Source of the DNA: Agromyces sp.
GTDB taxonomy: Bacteria > Actinomycetota > Actinomycetes > Actinomycetales > Microbacteriaceae
NCBI GenBank assembly: GCA_031178045.1
Contig: JAPSJT010000001.1
Span: 5,429 to 69,428, forward strand
Length of the DNA: 64,000 bases
Direction: 5' to 3'
The position numbers were made by a program, and so were the translations under genes. The notes under the pieces are model-generated. The model ran no database searches, was not told the DNA's origin, and worked only from the letters and a program-made list of their open reading frames with translations. Shown in pieces: positions 45,369 through 55,960 of the stretch (its first letter is position 1; each line of letters opens with the position of its first letter).

Positions 45369-46187
45369 TCAGGCGTTGATGACGCCCGTTCCGAGCAGCA
45401 CGAAGATGAGCCCGCCGAGCGCGATCCGGTAGATCACGAACGGCAGGAAGCTGCGCTTCGAGATGTAGCTCATGAAGAAGGCGATCACGAGGATCGCGAC
45501 GACGAACGCGATGAGGGTCGCGGCGGCCGTCTCGATCGGACCGTAGACCGACGGTTCCCCCCAGCTCTTCACGAGCTGGAAGAACCCGCTGCCGAAGACC
45601 GCCGGGATCGCGAGCAGGAACGCGTAGCGCGCCGCCGCGGCGCGCTCGTACCCGAGCAGGAGGCCGGCCGTGATGGTGCCGCCGGATCGCGAGACGCCCG
45701 GGATGAGCGCGAGCGCCTGGGCGAACCCGAAAGCGATGCCGTGCGGGATGGTCAGGTGCTCGAGCGTGCGGTTCTTGGCGCCGGCCCAGTCGGCGAGACC
45801 GAGCACGATGCCGAACACGACGAGCATCGTCGCGACGATCCAGAGGGAGCGGAAGGTCGTCTCGATCTCGTCCTGGAAGAGGATGCCGAGCACGACGATG
45901 GGGATCGAGCCGACGATGATGAGCCACCCCATGCGGGCGTCGGGATCGTTCCGGGGCACGCGGCCCGTGAACGAGCCGAACCAGTGCGAGACGATGCGCA
46001 CGATGTCTCGCCAGAAGAAGACGACGACGGCGGTCTCGGTGCCGAGCTGGGTGATCGCCGTGAACGCGGCGCCCGGGTCCTGTGCACTCGGGAGGAACTC
46101 CCCCAGGATGCGCAGATGGGCGCTCGAGGAGATCGGGAGGAACTCCGTGAGGCCCTGCACGAGACCGAGGATGAGCGCTTCGAGCAC
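45369..46187 (-). CDS. uppP: undecaprenyl-diphosphate phosphatase
   Basis: In-frame GTG within ORF 45369..47108. '(M)[24 protein letters not shown]' and '[10 protein letters not shown]' BacA/UppP motifs. Confidence 0.9.
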   Translation of the reverse strand: MLEALILGLVQGLTEFLPISSSAHLRILGEFLPSAQDPGAAFTAITQLGTETAVVVFFWRDIVRIVSHWFGSFTGRVPRNDPDARMGWLIIVGSIPIVVLGILFQDEIETTFRSLWIVATMLVVFGIVLGLADWAGAKNRTLEHLTIPHGIAFGFAQALALIPGVSRSGGTITAGLLLGYERAAAARYAFLLAIPAVFGSGFFQLVKSWGEPSVYGPIETAAATLIAFVVAILVIAFFMSYISKRSFLPFVIYRIALGGLIFVLLGTGVINA

Positions 46188-46242
46188 AGTGGATCCGCCT
46201 TTCCGCCTCCGCGGAAAGCCGGAGGAACACGACCGGTCGTGG

Positions 46243-47568
46243 TCAGTAGTCGAGCAACAGGTCGCGCAGGACCCTGCTACCGAAGGATAGTGCGTCGAGC
46301 GGCACGCGCTCGTCGACGCCGTGGAACATCGCAGGGAAGTCGAGGTCGTCGGGCAGCCGAAGCGGGGCGAACCCGTAGCCCGTGATGCCGAGCCGACTGA
46401 GCGATTTGTTGTCGGTGCCGCCCGAGAGGAGGTACGGGAACACGGGAGCGCCCGGATCGTGCGCCGCGAGCGCGCGGGTGACGGCGTCGACGAGCGGCCC
46501 GCGGGTCGGCGATTCGAGGCCGACGTCGCGGTGCACGAACTGGAGTTCGATCTCTTCGCCGATGATCTCGCGGACCTCCTCGAGCACCGCGTCCTCCTGC
46601 CCGGGAAGGGTGCGGATGTCGACGAGCGCCTCGGCGTGGTCGGGGATGACGTTGTGCTTGTACCCCGCCGTGAGACCGGTCGGATTCGTCGTCGTGCGGA
46701 GCGTTGCCGTGATGAACCCCGATGCGGATCCCGTCGCGAGCGCGAGCTCGTCTGGGGCGACGTGCCTCGGGTCGACTCCGAGAGCACCCGCGATCGCGCC
46801 GAGCAGCTCGCGGGTCGTGTCGGTGAGGTGCACCGGCCACTCGGTGCGGCCGAGGCGGGCGATGGCCTCGGCGAGTTTCGTGACGGCGTTGTCGCCGATG
46901 AGCCGCGAGCCGTGCGCCGCGACGCCGCGCGCGACGAGTCGCACCCAGAGGAGCGACTTCTCGCCCGTCTGCAGCAGGTACGCGCGCCTGCCTCCCACCA
47001 TGACGGAGTATCCACCGACCTCGCTGATCGCCTCGGTGGCCCCGGCGAAGAGCTCGGGATGGTGGTCGACGAGCCAGCTCGCGCCGACGCCGCCGCCGGC
47101 CTCCTCATCGGCGAAGAACGCGACGACGACCTCGCGTTCGGGCTGCGCTCCGGCGCGGAGGATGTCCCCGAGCGCGGTGAGCATCATCGCGTCCATGTCC
47201 TTCATGTCGACCGCACCGCGACCCCACAGCATGCCGTCGCGGATCTCCCCGGCGAAGGGGTCGACGCTCCAGTTGCGCGGGTCGGCGGGGACGACGTCGA
47301 GGTGCCCGTGCAGCACGAGTGCGGGCTTCTCGGCGTTGCGTCCCGGCACTCGTGCGACGACGCTGGTGCGGCGTGGCTCGGGCTCGAACAGCGCCGGAGC
47401 GAGCCCGAGTGCGGCGAGCTCCGCCTCGACGTACTCGGCGGCCTCGCGCTCCCCCTCTGCCCTGCCCTCGCCGTAGTTCGTCGTGTCGATCCGGATGAGG
47501 TCGCGGGCGATCCGCGCGGTCTCGTCGAGCTCGTCAGCGGGCTGGTGGATTGCGGATGACGGGGCCAT
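46243..47568 (-). CDS. M20/M25/M40 family metallo-hydrolase
   Basis: Internal ATG (MAPSSAIHQ) of ORF 46243..47679. '[13 protein letters not shown]', '[10 protein letters not shown]' and 'ADEEAGG'. Confidence 0.85.
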   Translation of the reverse strand: MAPSSAIHQPADELDETARIARDLIRIDTTNYGEGRAEGEREAAEYVEAELAALGLAPALFEPEPRRTSVVARVPGRNAEKPALVLHGHLDVVPADPRNWSVDPFAGEIRDGMLWGRGAVDMKDMDAMMLTALGDILRAGAQPEREVVVAFFADEEAGGGVGASWLVDHHPELFAGATEAISEVGGYSVMVGGRRAYLLQTGEKSLLWVRLVARGVAAHGSRLIGDNAVTKLAEAIARLGRTEWPVHLTDTTRELLGAIAGALGVDPRHVAPDELALATGSASGFITATLRTTTNPTGLTAGYKHNVIPDHAEALVDIRTLPGQEDAVLEEVREIIGEEIELQFVHRDVGLESPTRGPLVDAVTRALAAHDPGAPVFPYLLSGGTDNKSLSRLGITGYGFAPLRLPDDLDFPAMFHGVDERVPLDALSFGSRVLRDLLLDY

Positions 47569-47680
47569 CCGTTCACCGTAGCGGCCCCCCGTGACGGCCG
47601 ACCACCCGCGTTCGAAGCGCCTCGGAATCCGTGCTAATGTCTTCTCTCGGGCCTCCGAGCGATCGAAGGCCGAACACAAC

Positions 47681-47764
47681 GCGCGGGTGGCGGAAATGGC
47701 AGACGCGCTAGCTTGAGGTGCTAGTGCCCTAACGGGCGTGGGGGTTCAAGTCCCCCCTCGCGCA
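47681..47764 (+). tRNA. tRNA-Leu (anticodon GAG)
   Basis: Folded by hand. Acceptor GCGCGGG/CTCGCGC (one G-U pair), D-arm, anticodon stem CTAGC/GCTAG with loop TTGAGGT, a 15-nt variable arm, T-arm GGGGG-TTCAAGT-CCCCC, and discriminator A. CCA is not encoded. Confidence 0.9.
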
Positions 47765-47775
47765 CGCGTTGTCGA

Positions 47776-47812
47776 GAAGGCCGGATCATCATGATCCGGC
47801 CTTCTTTCGTTT
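47776..47812 (+). terminator. rho-independent terminator after tRNA-Leu
   Basis: GAAGGCCGGATCAT-c-ATGATCCGGCCTTC (14-bp arms) followed by TTTCGTTT. Confidence 0.75.
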
Positions 47813-47844
47813 CCCGGACGGTCGGCTCGACGGACTTGCTCTAT

Positions 47845-47860
47845 TCGAACATGTGTTCGA
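47845..47860. promoter_or_regulatory. LexA SOS box TCGAAC-ATGT-GTTCGA
   Basis: A perfect match to the actinobacterial LexA operator TCGAAC-N4-GTTCGA, 10 nt upstream of the imuA' ATG. Confidence 0.85.
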
Positions 47861-47869
47861 AACTGGGGT

Positions 47870-48598
47870 ATGACCATGACCGCTCCCCCCGTCGCTTCCG
47901 CCGCTCCCCCGGCGCGCGTGGAGGAGCTGCAGGCCCGCATCCGCGGGATGCAGGCGACGCGGCTCGACTCGAAGGCCGTGCCGACGCATCCGGCGCTCGA
48001 GCCGGTGCTGCCGGGCGGCACGCTCCGGGAGGGCACGGTCGTGCAGGTCGAGGGCTCGACGACCCTGCTCATGGCCCTGCTCGCCGGCCCGAGCGCGAGC
48101 GGTCGCTGGGTCGCGGTCGCCGGACTCCCCGAGTTCGGCGTCGAGGCGGCGGCGCGCTTCGGCATCGACCTCGAGCGACTCGTGCTCGTGCCCGATCCCG
48201 GGCGGCAGTGGCTCACGGTCGTCGCCGCGCTCGCCGACGTGATCCCCGTCGTGGCGGTCCGGCCGGCCGGCCGGGTCTCGCCCGCCGAGTCGAGTCGCCT
48301 CCAGGCCAGACTGCGCCAGCGCGGCACGACCCTGCTCGTGGCGGGCGAGTGGCCGGGCAGCGATGCGCGGCTCGGGGTCGAGGCCAGCGAGTGGCACGGG
48401 CTCGAGCAGGGGCACGGCCGCCTCGCCGCCCGCGAGGTCGTCGTGAGCACCGCCGGCCGTGGCGAGTTCGTGCGCCGGGCGCGTTCGCGGTTGCGACTCC
48501 CGGGTCCTGCCCTGGAGTTCGCTCCCGTCGACCCGACCGCCTCCGGGCATGCCGAGCCCATCCCCTTCGACGACGTCAGGCGGAGGGCTGCCGGATGA
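47870..48598 (+). CDS. imuA': ImuA'-like SOS mutasome accessory protein
   Basis: 242 aa, first gene of a three-gene cassette with imuB and dnaE2, ATGA-coupled to imuB. It has the degenerate RecA-like fold context ('VVQVEGSTTLLMALLAGPSASGRWVAVAG'). The call rests mainly on position and size. Confidence 0.7.
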   Translation: MTMTAPPVASAAPPARVEELQARIRGMQATRLDSKAVPTHPALEPVLPGGTLREGTVVQVEGSTTLLMALLAGPSASGRWVAVAGLPEFGVEAAARFGIDLERLVLVPDPGRQWLTVVAALADVIPVVAVRPAGRVSPAESSRLQARLRQRGTTLLVAGEWPGSDARLGVEASEWHGLEQGHGRLAAREVVVSTAGRGEFVRRARSRLRLPGPALEFAPVDPTASGHAEPIPFDDVRRRAAG

Positions 48599-50139
48599 GC
48601 GCCGATCCCGGCCGCACGATCGTGCTCTGGTGCCCCGACTGGCCCGTGTTCGCCGCTTGCCGCGAGCTCGGTCTCGATCCGGCCGACCCGATCGCCCTCA
48701 CCGAGGGAGGCCTCGTCTTCGCGTGCTCAGCCGCGGCTCGCCGTGACGGTGTGATCCGCGGGCTCAAGCTCCGCGAGGCGCAGTACCGCTCCCCCGCCGT
48801 CACGGTGCTCGAGTACGACGCGGCGCTCGACGCCCGCGTGTTCGAGCCCGTCGTGCGCGCGGTCGAGGCGACGGTGCCAGGAGTCCAGCTCGTCCGGCCC
48901 GGCACGCTCGCGATGCGGGCGCGGGGTCCTGCGCGGTATTACGGCGGCGAGGATGCCGCAGCCGAGGCGTTGCTCGCGACCCTCGCGCAGCTCGGGGTCG
49001 TCGGTGCGCGGGTCGGCGTCGCCGACGGGCCCTTCGCGGCCGAGCAGGCCGCGCGGGCGGCGGGCGCGTCGCCCTTCCGAATCGTCGAGCCCGGGGCATC
49101 CGCCGAGTTCATCGCTCCGCTGCCCGTGGGGCTCGTCGTCGACGCCCGGACGACGGTCCTGCTGAACCGACTGGGGGTCCGCACCCTCGGCGAGTTCGCG
49201 GCGCTGCCCGACGCCGACGTGCGACGCCGGTTCGGCGCGGCCGGTGCCTTCGCCCACGATCGGGCCGCGGGCCGCGAGCAGACGCGGGTCACGGCCCGTA
49301 CGCCCCCGCCCGAGTTCGAGGTGGAGCAGCACTTCGAGCCGCCGCTCGACCGCGTCGACCAGCTCGCGTTCGCCTTCCGGGTGCGCGCCGAGGAGTTCAT
49401 CGACCGCATGCGGGCGGTCCGGCTCGTCTGCACCGCCCTGCGCATCGAACTCGATGACGAACGCGGCGGACACTCGAGCCGCAGCTGGCTGCATCCGCAC
49501 TGGTTCACGCCCGCCGACGTCATCGATCGGGTGCGTTGGCAGCTGCAGGGCGCCGGCACCGCCGACAGTGGACTCGCGTCGCCGATCGTGCGCCTGCGCG
49601 TGGTGCCCGAGCGCGTCGACTCCACCGGCAACCACGAGGAGGGGCTCTGGGGCGGGGGCCCCGACGAGCGCGTGCACCACGGCCTCACGCGCGTGCAGAG
49701 CATGCTCGGGCACGAGGCGGTCGTGACCGCGACGATCGGCGGTGGTCGCATGCTCGCCGACCGGCAGGTGCTCGTGCCATGGGGCGATCGGCCACCAGAG
49801 CGCCGCGACGACGCCCCGTGGCCCGGGAGCCTGCCGGCGCTCGCCCCGGCGAGCGTCTTCCGCGAGCGGCTGCCGATCTCGCTCCTCGATGCGAGCGGCA
49901 CCTCGGTCGCGATCGATGCCCGCGGCGCGATCTCCGCGCCGCCCGAGCGCTTCGCGGTCGGCGCCGACCGGGCCGTGCCCGTGCGGGCCTGGGCCGGGCC
50001 GTGGCCCGTCGTCGAGCGCTGGTGGGACGCCGAGCGCGCCAAGCGCGTGCACCGATTCCAGATCGTCGACGACGACGGCTGCGCGTGGCTCCTCGTGCGC
50101 GACGGCGAGGGCTGGTGGGCCGAAGCGAGGTACGACTGA
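48595..50139 (+). CDS. imuB: ImuB, catalytically inactive Y-family polymerase-like protein
   Basis: In-frame ATG within ORF 47791..50139. 'RTIVLWCPDWPV' N-terminus and 'GVRTLGEFAALP', typical of ImuB. Confidence 0.85.
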   Translation: MSADPGRTIVLWCPDWPVFAACRELGLDPADPIALTEGGLVFACSAAARRDGVIRGLKLREAQYRSPAVTVLEYDAALDARVFEPVVRAVEATVPGVQLVRPGTLAMRARGPARYYGGEDAAAEALLATLAQLGVVGARVGVADGPFAAEQAARAAGASPFRIVEPGASAEFIAPLPVGLVVDARTTVLLNRLGVRTLGEFAALPDADVRRRFGAAGAFAHDRAAGREQTRVTARTPPPEFEVEQHFEPPLDRVDQLAFAFRVRAEEFIDRMRAVRLVCTALRIELDDERGGHSSRSWLHPHWFTPADVIDRVRWQLQGAGTADSGLASPIVRLRVVPERVDSTGNHEEGLWGGGPDERVHHGLTRVQSMLGHEAVVTATIGGGRMLADRQVLVPWGDRPPERRDDAPWPGSLPALAPASVFRERLPISLLDASGTSVAIDARGAISAPPERFAVGADRAVPVRAWAGPWPVVERWWDAERAKRVHRFQIVDDDGCAWLLVRDGEGWWAEARYD

Positions 50140-50204
50140 TGACGGGGCGACCGATGGGTGCGGTGCGGTCGGTGGTACGACCGACGCCGCGGGCGGGGTG
50201 AGCC

Positions 50205-53200
50205 ATGGGCTGGAACAATCCCGGCATCCCCTGGTCGGAGCTCGAACGCAAGCTCTCCGATGAGCGCCGCCCCGGTTCGCCGACGCTCCTCGGCGACGGC
50301 GGCGACAGTCCCGCATGGAGCCGGAAGCGCCATCCGTACCGGCCGGCCGAGGGCATCGAGGCGCCGAGCGGTCCCATCGTCCCGTACGCAGAACTGCACG
50401 CCCACTCGACGTTCAGCTTCCTCGACGGCGCCTCGAGCCCCGAGCAACTGGTCGAGGAGGCGCACCGTCTCGGCCTCTCGGGGCTCGCCGTCACCGATCA
50501 CGACGGCTTCTACGGCATCGTGCGCTTCGCCGAGGCGGCCGAGAGCTTCCCCGAGCTGCAGACCGTGTTCGGCGCGGAGCTCTCGCTCGGCCTCACCGAG
50601 CCGCAGATGGGCGTCGCCGACCCCGAGGGCGAGCACCTGCTCGTGCTCGCCCGGCGCGAGTCGGGATACCACCGGCTCGCGAGTGCGATCACCGCTGGCC
50701 AGCTCGCGGGCGGAGAGAAGGGTCGTCCGGCCTACTCGCTCGAGGAGCTCGCCGAACGCTCCGGCGGCGAGTGGGTCGTGCCCACCGGATGCCGCAAGGG
50801 CGCGGTGCGTCGTGCGCTGGCCGAGGGCGGGGCGGATGCCGCGTGGCGCGAGCTCGATCGGCTCGTCGCCCTCTTCGGCCGCGACAACGTCGTGGTGGAG
50901 CTCTTCGACCACGGACATCCGCTCGACCAGGAGTCGAACGACGTGCTCGCGGGGCTCGCCGAGCGTGCCGGGCTGCCGCTCCTCGCGACGAACGCGGTGC
51001 ACTACGCGACTCCCGGCGAGCATCGCCTCGCCTCGGCGCTCGCGGCCGTGCGCGCTCGGCGCAGCCTCGACGAGCTCGACGGCTGGCTCCCGGCCTCCGA
51101 CGGGCTGCACCTGCGCTCGGGGGCCGAGATGATGCGGCGCTTCGAACGCTACCCCGGCGCCGTCTCCCGTTCGGTGACGCTCGCGCAGGAGCTCGGGTTC
51201 ACCCTCCGGAGCGCTCGGCCCCGGCTCCCTCGCCAAGAGGTGCCGGCGGGGCACACGCCCATGAGCTGGCTCCGAGAGCTCGTCTGGGCGGGCGCGGCGA
51301 CCCGCTACCCGGGCCTTCCCGAGCACGTGCGCGAGCGCCTCTCCCGCGAGCTCGACGTCATCGAGCAGAAGGACTTCCCCGGCTACTTCCTCATCGTCTA
51401 CGACATCGTCCGCGAGGCGCGCAGTCGCGGCATCCTGTGCCAGGGCCGCGGATCCGCGGCGAACTCGGCCGTCTGCTTCGTGCTCGACATCACCGCGGTC
51501 GACTCCATCTTCTTCGACCTGCCGTTCGAGCGCTTCCTCTCGGCGCTTCGCGACGAGGAGCCCGACATCGACGTCGACTTCGACTCCGATCGGCGCGAGG
51601 AGATCATCCAGTACGTCTACGAGAAGTACGGCAGGCAGAACGCCGCACAGGTCGCGAACGTCATCAGCTACCGGCCGAAGGTGGCGGTGCGCGACATGGC
51701 GAAGGCGCTCGGCTACTCGACCGGGCAGCAGGACGCCTGGTCGCGCCAGGTCGAACGCTGGGGCGCGGTCGTGTCGACCGACGACCACGACATCCCCGCC
51801 CCGGTCGTCGAGCTCGCCGAGCGACTGCTCACCTTCCCCCGCCACCTCGGCATCCACTCCGGTGGCATGGTGCTCACCGATCGTCCGGTCGGAGAGGTGT
51901 GCCCGATCGAGCATGCCCGAAAGGAGCGCCGCACGGTGCTGCAGTGGGACAAAGACGACTGCGCGTGGATGGGACTCGTGAAATTCGACCTGCTCGGTCT
52001 CGGCATGCTCGCCGCGCTGCAGTACACCTTCGACCTCGTCCGCGAGACGACGGGCGAGGCCTGGGAGCTCGCCACCATTCCGAAAGAGGAGGGTGCGGTC
52101 TACGACATGCTCTGCCGCGCCGACTCGATCGGGGTCTTCCAGGTCGAGAGCCGGGCGCAGATGGGCACCCTCCCCCGCCTGAAGCCACGGCGCTTCTACG
52201 ACCTCGTCGTCGAGATCGCGCTCATCCGGCCGGGTCCCGTGCAGGGCGGGGCGGTGCATCCCTACATCCGGCGGCGCACCGGCGAGGAACCGGTGACCTT
52301 CCTGCATCCGAAGCTCGAGCCCGTGCTCGAACGCACCCTCGGGGTCCCGCTCTTCCAGGAACAGCTCATGCAGATGGCGGTCGCGGTCGGCAACTGCAGC
52401 GCGGCCGACGCCGACCAGCTGCGCCGGGCGATGGGCTCCAAGCGAGGGGTCGAGAAGATCGACCGGCTGCGCTCGAAGCTCTACGCCGGGATGGCCGAGA
52501 ACGGCATCGAACCCGACGTCGCCGATTCGATCTACGCGAAGATCGAGGCGTTCGCGAACTTCGGCTTCGCCGAGAGCCACGCACTGAGCTTCGGACTGCT
52601 CGTCTACGCCAGCTCGTGGCTCAAGCTGCACTACCCCGCGGCGTTCCTCGCGGCACTGCTTCGCGCCCAGCCCATGGGGTTCTATTCGCCGCAGACGCTC
52701 ACCGCCGACGCGCGACGCCACGGGGTCGACGTGCTCCGGCCCGACATCCTGCGTTCCGGCGTGAACGCGGGGCTCGAGGCGCTCGACGAGGGCGAGGGAG
52801 GCCGCGGTCCGAGCGGCATGCCCTCGTGCGCCGACGCCGTGCAACCGCCCGTCGGCCCGTTCGACCGTGAGGCACCCGACCGTTCGTCGGAGCATCGCCG
52901 TGACGCCGCCTTCGCGGTGCGGCTCGGCCTCGCCGACGTCACGTCGATCGGCGAGGCCGTCGCGGAGCGCATCGTCGCCGAGCGGGAGGCGCGCGGGCCG
53001 TATCGCGACATGGCCGACGTCTCGCGCCGTGCCCGGCTCAACGCCGAGCAGCTCGAGGCGCTCGCGGCGGCGGGGGCGTTCGACGGCTTCGGCCTCGCGC
53101 CGCGGGAGGCGCTCTGGCTCGCCGGAGAGGCGGCCGAGGACCGAGAGGAGTACCTCGCCGGTTCGATCGTCGTCGTGCAGCCGCCGCTCCTGCCGATGCT

Positions 53201-53615
53201 CTCCCCCGCCGAGCAGGTCGTCTACGACCTGTGGGCCACGGGCATCTCGCCCGACGATCACCCGATCCGGCACATCCGCGACCGACTCGACGAGCGCGGC
53301 GTCATCCGCATCGACCGGCTGTTGCGTACCGAGAGCGGTCGTCGTGTCGAGGTCGGCGGGGTCGTCACCCACCGGCAGCGGCCGGCGACGGCGAGCGGCA
53401 TCACCTTCTTGAACCTCGAAGACGAATCGGGCACGCTCAACGTCATCGCGAGCGTCGGCGTGTGGACGAGGTATCGGCGGGTGGCGCGCGAGGCGCCGGC
53501 GATGATCGTCCGCGGCATCCTGGAACGCTCACCCGAAGGAGTCGTGAACCTCGTCGCCGACCGCTTCGAGCGGCTCATCGTGTCGGCGAGTCTGCGCTCC
53601 CGCGACTTCAGATGA
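50205..53615 (+). CDS. dnaE2: error-prone DNA polymerase III alpha-like DnaE2
   Basis: 1136 aa. 'MGWNNPGIPWSELERKL', PHP domain 'YAELHAHSTFSFLDGAS', 'PDIDVDF', and the absence of the tau-binding C-terminal region fit DnaE2. Confidence 0.95.
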   Translation: MGWNNPGIPWSELERKLSDERRPGSPTLLGDGGDSPAWSRKRHPYRPAEGIEAPSGPIVPYAELHAHSTFSFLDGASSPEQLVEEAHRLGLSGLAVTDHDGFYGIVRFAEAAESFPELQTVFGAELSLGLTEPQMGVADPEGEHLLVLARRESGYHRLASAITAGQLAGGEKGRPAYSLEELAERSGGEWVVPTGCRKGAVRRALAEGGADAAWRELDRLVALFGRDNVVVELFDHGHPLDQESNDVLAGLAERAGLPLLATNAVHYATPGEHRLASALAAVRARRSLDELDGWLPASDGLHLRSGAEMMRRFERYPGAVSRSVTLAQELGFTLRSARPRLPRQEVPAGHTPMSWLRELVWAGAATRYPGLPEHVRERLSRELDVIEQKDFPGYFLIVYDIVREARSRGILCQGRGSAANSAVCFVLDITAVDSIFFDLPFERFLSALRDEEPDIDVDFDSDRREEIIQYVYEKYGRQNAAQVANVISYRPKVAVRDMAKALGYSTGQQDAWSRQVERWGAVVSTDDHDIPAPVVELAERLLTFPRHLGIHSGGMVLTDRPVGEVCPIEHARKERRTVLQWDKDDCAWMGLVKFDLLGLGMLAALQYTFDLVRETTGEAWELATIPKEEGAVYDMLCRADSIGVFQVESRAQMGTLPRLKPRRFYDLVVEIALIRPGPVQGGAVHPYIRRRTGEEPVTFLHPKLEPVLERTLGVPLFQEQLMQMAVAVGNCSAADADQLRRAMGSKRGVEKIDRLRSKLYAGMAENGIEPDVADSIYAKIEAFANFGFAESHALSFGLLVYASSWLKLHYPAAFLAALLRAQPMGFYSPQTLTADARRHGVDVLRPDILRSGVNAGLEALDEGEGGRGPSGMPSCADAVQPPVGPFDREAPDRSSEHRRDAAFAVRLGLADVTSIGEAVAERIVAEREARGPYRDMADVSRRARLNAEQLEALAAAGAFDGFGLAPREALWLAGEAAEDREEYLAGSIVVVQPPLLPMLSPAEQVVYDLWATGISPDDHPIRHIRDRLDERGVIRIDRLLRTESGRRVEVGGVVTHRQRPATASGITFLNLEDESGTLNVIASVGVWTRYRRVAREAPAMIVRGILERSPEGVVNLVADRFERLIVSASLRSRDFR

Positions 53616-53698
53616 CCTCCCCCGCCCGCGGCGCGAGCGGAATACAGTGAAGGGGTGACCGCAACCCGGCAGAGCCAGCCGCACGAGCGCTGACGAGC

Positions 53699-54922
53699 AT
53701 GCGGCCCCGATCGATCGAGCCGCTCTTCACCCCCGCGTTCATCGCGCTCGGGATCGCCGAGCTGTCCTACTTCTGCGCCGTGGGCGTGTCGATCTTCGCC
53801 CTGCCGCTCTACGTCACCGGACCGATCGGCGGCGATGAGGCGGGCGCGGGGATCGCCTTCGGCGTGTTCGCCGTCTCGGCCCTCGTGCTGCGCCCGGTGG
53901 CCGGACGACTGGCCGACGTCTACGGCCGACTGCCGCTCCTGATCGCCGGTGCGCTCATCGCCGCGGTGAGCCTCGCGCTCCTCGCGCTCGCTCAGCACCT
54001 CGTCGCGATCATCGCCCTGCGTCTGCTCGCGGGCGTCGCCGAAGCAGCCTTCTTCGTCTCCGGTTTCGCGGCGCTCGCCGACCTCGCACCCCCGACACGC
54101 ATGGGCGAGGCGCTGTCGTACAACTCCCTCGGCCTCTACCTGGGAATCGCGCTCGGCCCGCTCGTCGGCCAGCTGCTCGTCGGACTCTGGGGATTCGCGG
54201 CCGCGTGGACCGGCGCCGCCCTCCTCGCGGTGCTCGCCGCCGCCCTCAGCCTGCTGGTCGGCGAGACCCGGCAGGGCGGCCCGCCCGAGCGCGTTGATCG
54301 CACGGTGATCCACCGCCCGGCGATCCCGCTCGCACTCGGATTCATGACCTCGCTGGTGGCGATGGGCGGATTCCTCGCCTTCGCCTCGCTGCACGCCGCC
54401 CGGGTGGGCATGCCCGCGCCGAGCCTCGCCCTGTTCGTCTACGGCGCCACGGTGGTGGCGTGCCGGATCGCCTTCGCGCGCGTCCCCGACCGCGTGCCCT
54501 CGCTGCCGCTCGGCGCGGCAGCGCTCGGCGGCATCGCACTCGGACTCGGCGTGGTCGCGATCTGGGCGTCGACGACGGGACTGATCGTCGGCGCGGTGAT
54601 CCTCGCGATCGGCGTCTCGTTCAGCACCCCGGCGTTCTTCACCGCCATCTTCGCGACCGCGTCGCCGTCGCAACGCGGCGTGGCATCGGGCACCGCGAGC
54701 GCGGCCCTCGACCTCGGTCTCGGACTCGGACCCATCCTGCTCGGGCTGATCGCCGAGCCGTTCGGCCTGGCCGCCGCGTTCGGCGCGGGAGCCGCCGTCG
54801 CGGGCGCGGGTGCGGCGTGGACGCTCGCCCTGCGTGCCCGATCGCGCCCCCGCCCGTCCTCGCCCGAGCGCACGAGCGCGCGTCGCGCGTGTCGGCCCCG
54901 ACGGCGGAGCGGACTCGGTTAG
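53699..54922 (+). CDS. MFS transporter
   Basis: 407 aa, about 12 TM helices, 'RPVAGRLADVYGR' loop motif. Confidence 0.85.
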   Translation: MRPRSIEPLFTPAFIALGIAELSYFCAVGVSIFALPLYVTGPIGGDEAGAGIAFGVFAVSALVLRPVAGRLADVYGRLPLLIAGALIAAVSLALLALAQHLVAIIALRLLAGVAEAAFFVSGFAALADLAPPTRMGEALSYNSLGLYLGIALGPLVGQLLVGLWGFAAAWTGAALLAVLAAALSLLVGETRQGGPPERVDRTVIHRPAIPLALGFMTSLVAMGGFLAFASLHAARVGMPAPSLALFVYGATVVACRIAFARVPDRVPSLPLGAAALGGIALGLGVVAIWASTTGLIVGAVILAIGVSFSTPAFFTAIFATASPSQRGVASGTASAALDLGLGLGPILLGLIAEPFGLAAAFGAGAAVAGAGAAWTLALRARSRPRPSSPERTSARRACRPRRRSGLG

Positions 54923-54931
54923 CCTCGACCG

Positions 54932-55804
54932 GTGCCGATCACGACCCACGACCCGAACGGACCCGACCGCTATGGAGCCGACGTGCTCGCCGGCGATTGG
55001 CGCGCACGCGGGCGCAGGGTGATCCCGAAGGTCGAAGCGGCTCGAGACCTCGTCGTCGAGCTCGCCTCCAACGGTTTCTGCGGAGCTGTCGTCGCCGTCG
55101 ACAAGCAGCACGTGACGCTCGAGGACCGATTCGGCGGTCGACGGATGTTCCCACTCGGACATGGATTCCTCGTCGAGGGCGAACCGGCCGAACTCGTGTT
55201 CCCCACGCCGAAGGCGCCGGCCGCACGCATACGCACCGCATCGGGCTCGTTCGCCGTCGAGTCGGCGCCCGCCCGGGTGGCGCTTCCGAGCCGCATTTTC
55301 GTCGAGGGCCGCCACGATGCGGAACTCGTCGAGAAGGTCTGGGGTGCCGACCTGCGCGTCGAGGGCGTCGTCGTCGAATACCTCGAGGGGGTCGACGTGC
55401 TCGCTCAACACCTCGACGAGTTCCGTCCCGGCCCGGAGCGCCGTGCCGGCATCCTCGTGGACCACCTCGTTCCGGGCTCCAAGGAGCAGCACATCGCCGA
55501 CGCCGTCATGCGCGGCCCGCACGGTCGCCACGTACTCGTCGTGGGACATCCGTTCGTCGATGTCTGGCAGGCGGTGAAGCCGTCTCGGCTCGGGCGCGAC
55601 GCGTGGCCGGTCATTCCCCGAGGCACCGAGTGGAAGCACGGGGTCTGCGCGGCCTTCGGCTGGCCCCACGACGATCAGGCCGACATCGCCCGGGCCTGGC
55701 AGCGCATCCTCGGGACGGTGCGCGGCTATGGCGACCTCGAACCCGCGCTGCTCGGCCGCGTCGAGGAGCTCATCGATTTCGTGACCGGACCGCCGACACG
55801 CTGA
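54932..55804 (+). CDS. DUF3097 domain-containing protein
   Basis: 290 aa with a GTG start. 'RIFVEGRHDAELVEKVWG.DLR.EGVVVE.L.G.D' is typical of the actinobacterial DUF3097 family. Confidence 0.7.
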   Translation: MPITTHDPNGPDRYGADVLAGDWRARGRRVIPKVEAARDLVVELASNGFCGAVVAVDKQHVTLEDRFGGRRMFPLGHGFLVEGEPAELVFPTPKAPAARIRTASGSFAVESAPARVALPSRIFVEGRHDAELVEKVWGADLRVEGVVVEYLEGVDVLAQHLDEFRPGPERRAGILVDHLVPGSKEQHIADAVMRGPHGRHVLVVGHPFVDVWQAVKPSRLGRDAWPVIPRGTEWKHGVCAAFGWPHDDQADIARAWQRILGTVRGYGDLEPALLGRVEELIDFVTGPPTR

Positions 55805-55960
55805 CCCGCATTCGGGGATCCGAAATGCTGCCAATCCGCGTCGACCCGGCCGTCGCCGCAAGCCCGGCCGATATCGTTGCTGAGGCCGCGCACGCGGCCG
55901 CGACGTGACGGAGCGGGAGCGAGCGACGGCGTCCGGGCTCCCGCATGGGAGTGGAGCAGG

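Noticed and set aside
46409-46431. TTGTCGGTG resembling the PafBC-dependent RecA-NDp promoter motif
   Set aside because: The required TANNNT hexamer 8 nt downstream is absent (GAGGAG instead). The site is also inside the M20 hydrolase coding region, on the opposite strand.
47681-47870. tRNA-Leu as the attachment site of an integrated element carrying imuA'-imuB-dnaE2
   Set aside because: There is no integrase or recombinase. I saw no direct repeat of the tRNA 3' end downstream within the window. The cassette is a common chromosomal operon in actinobacteria.
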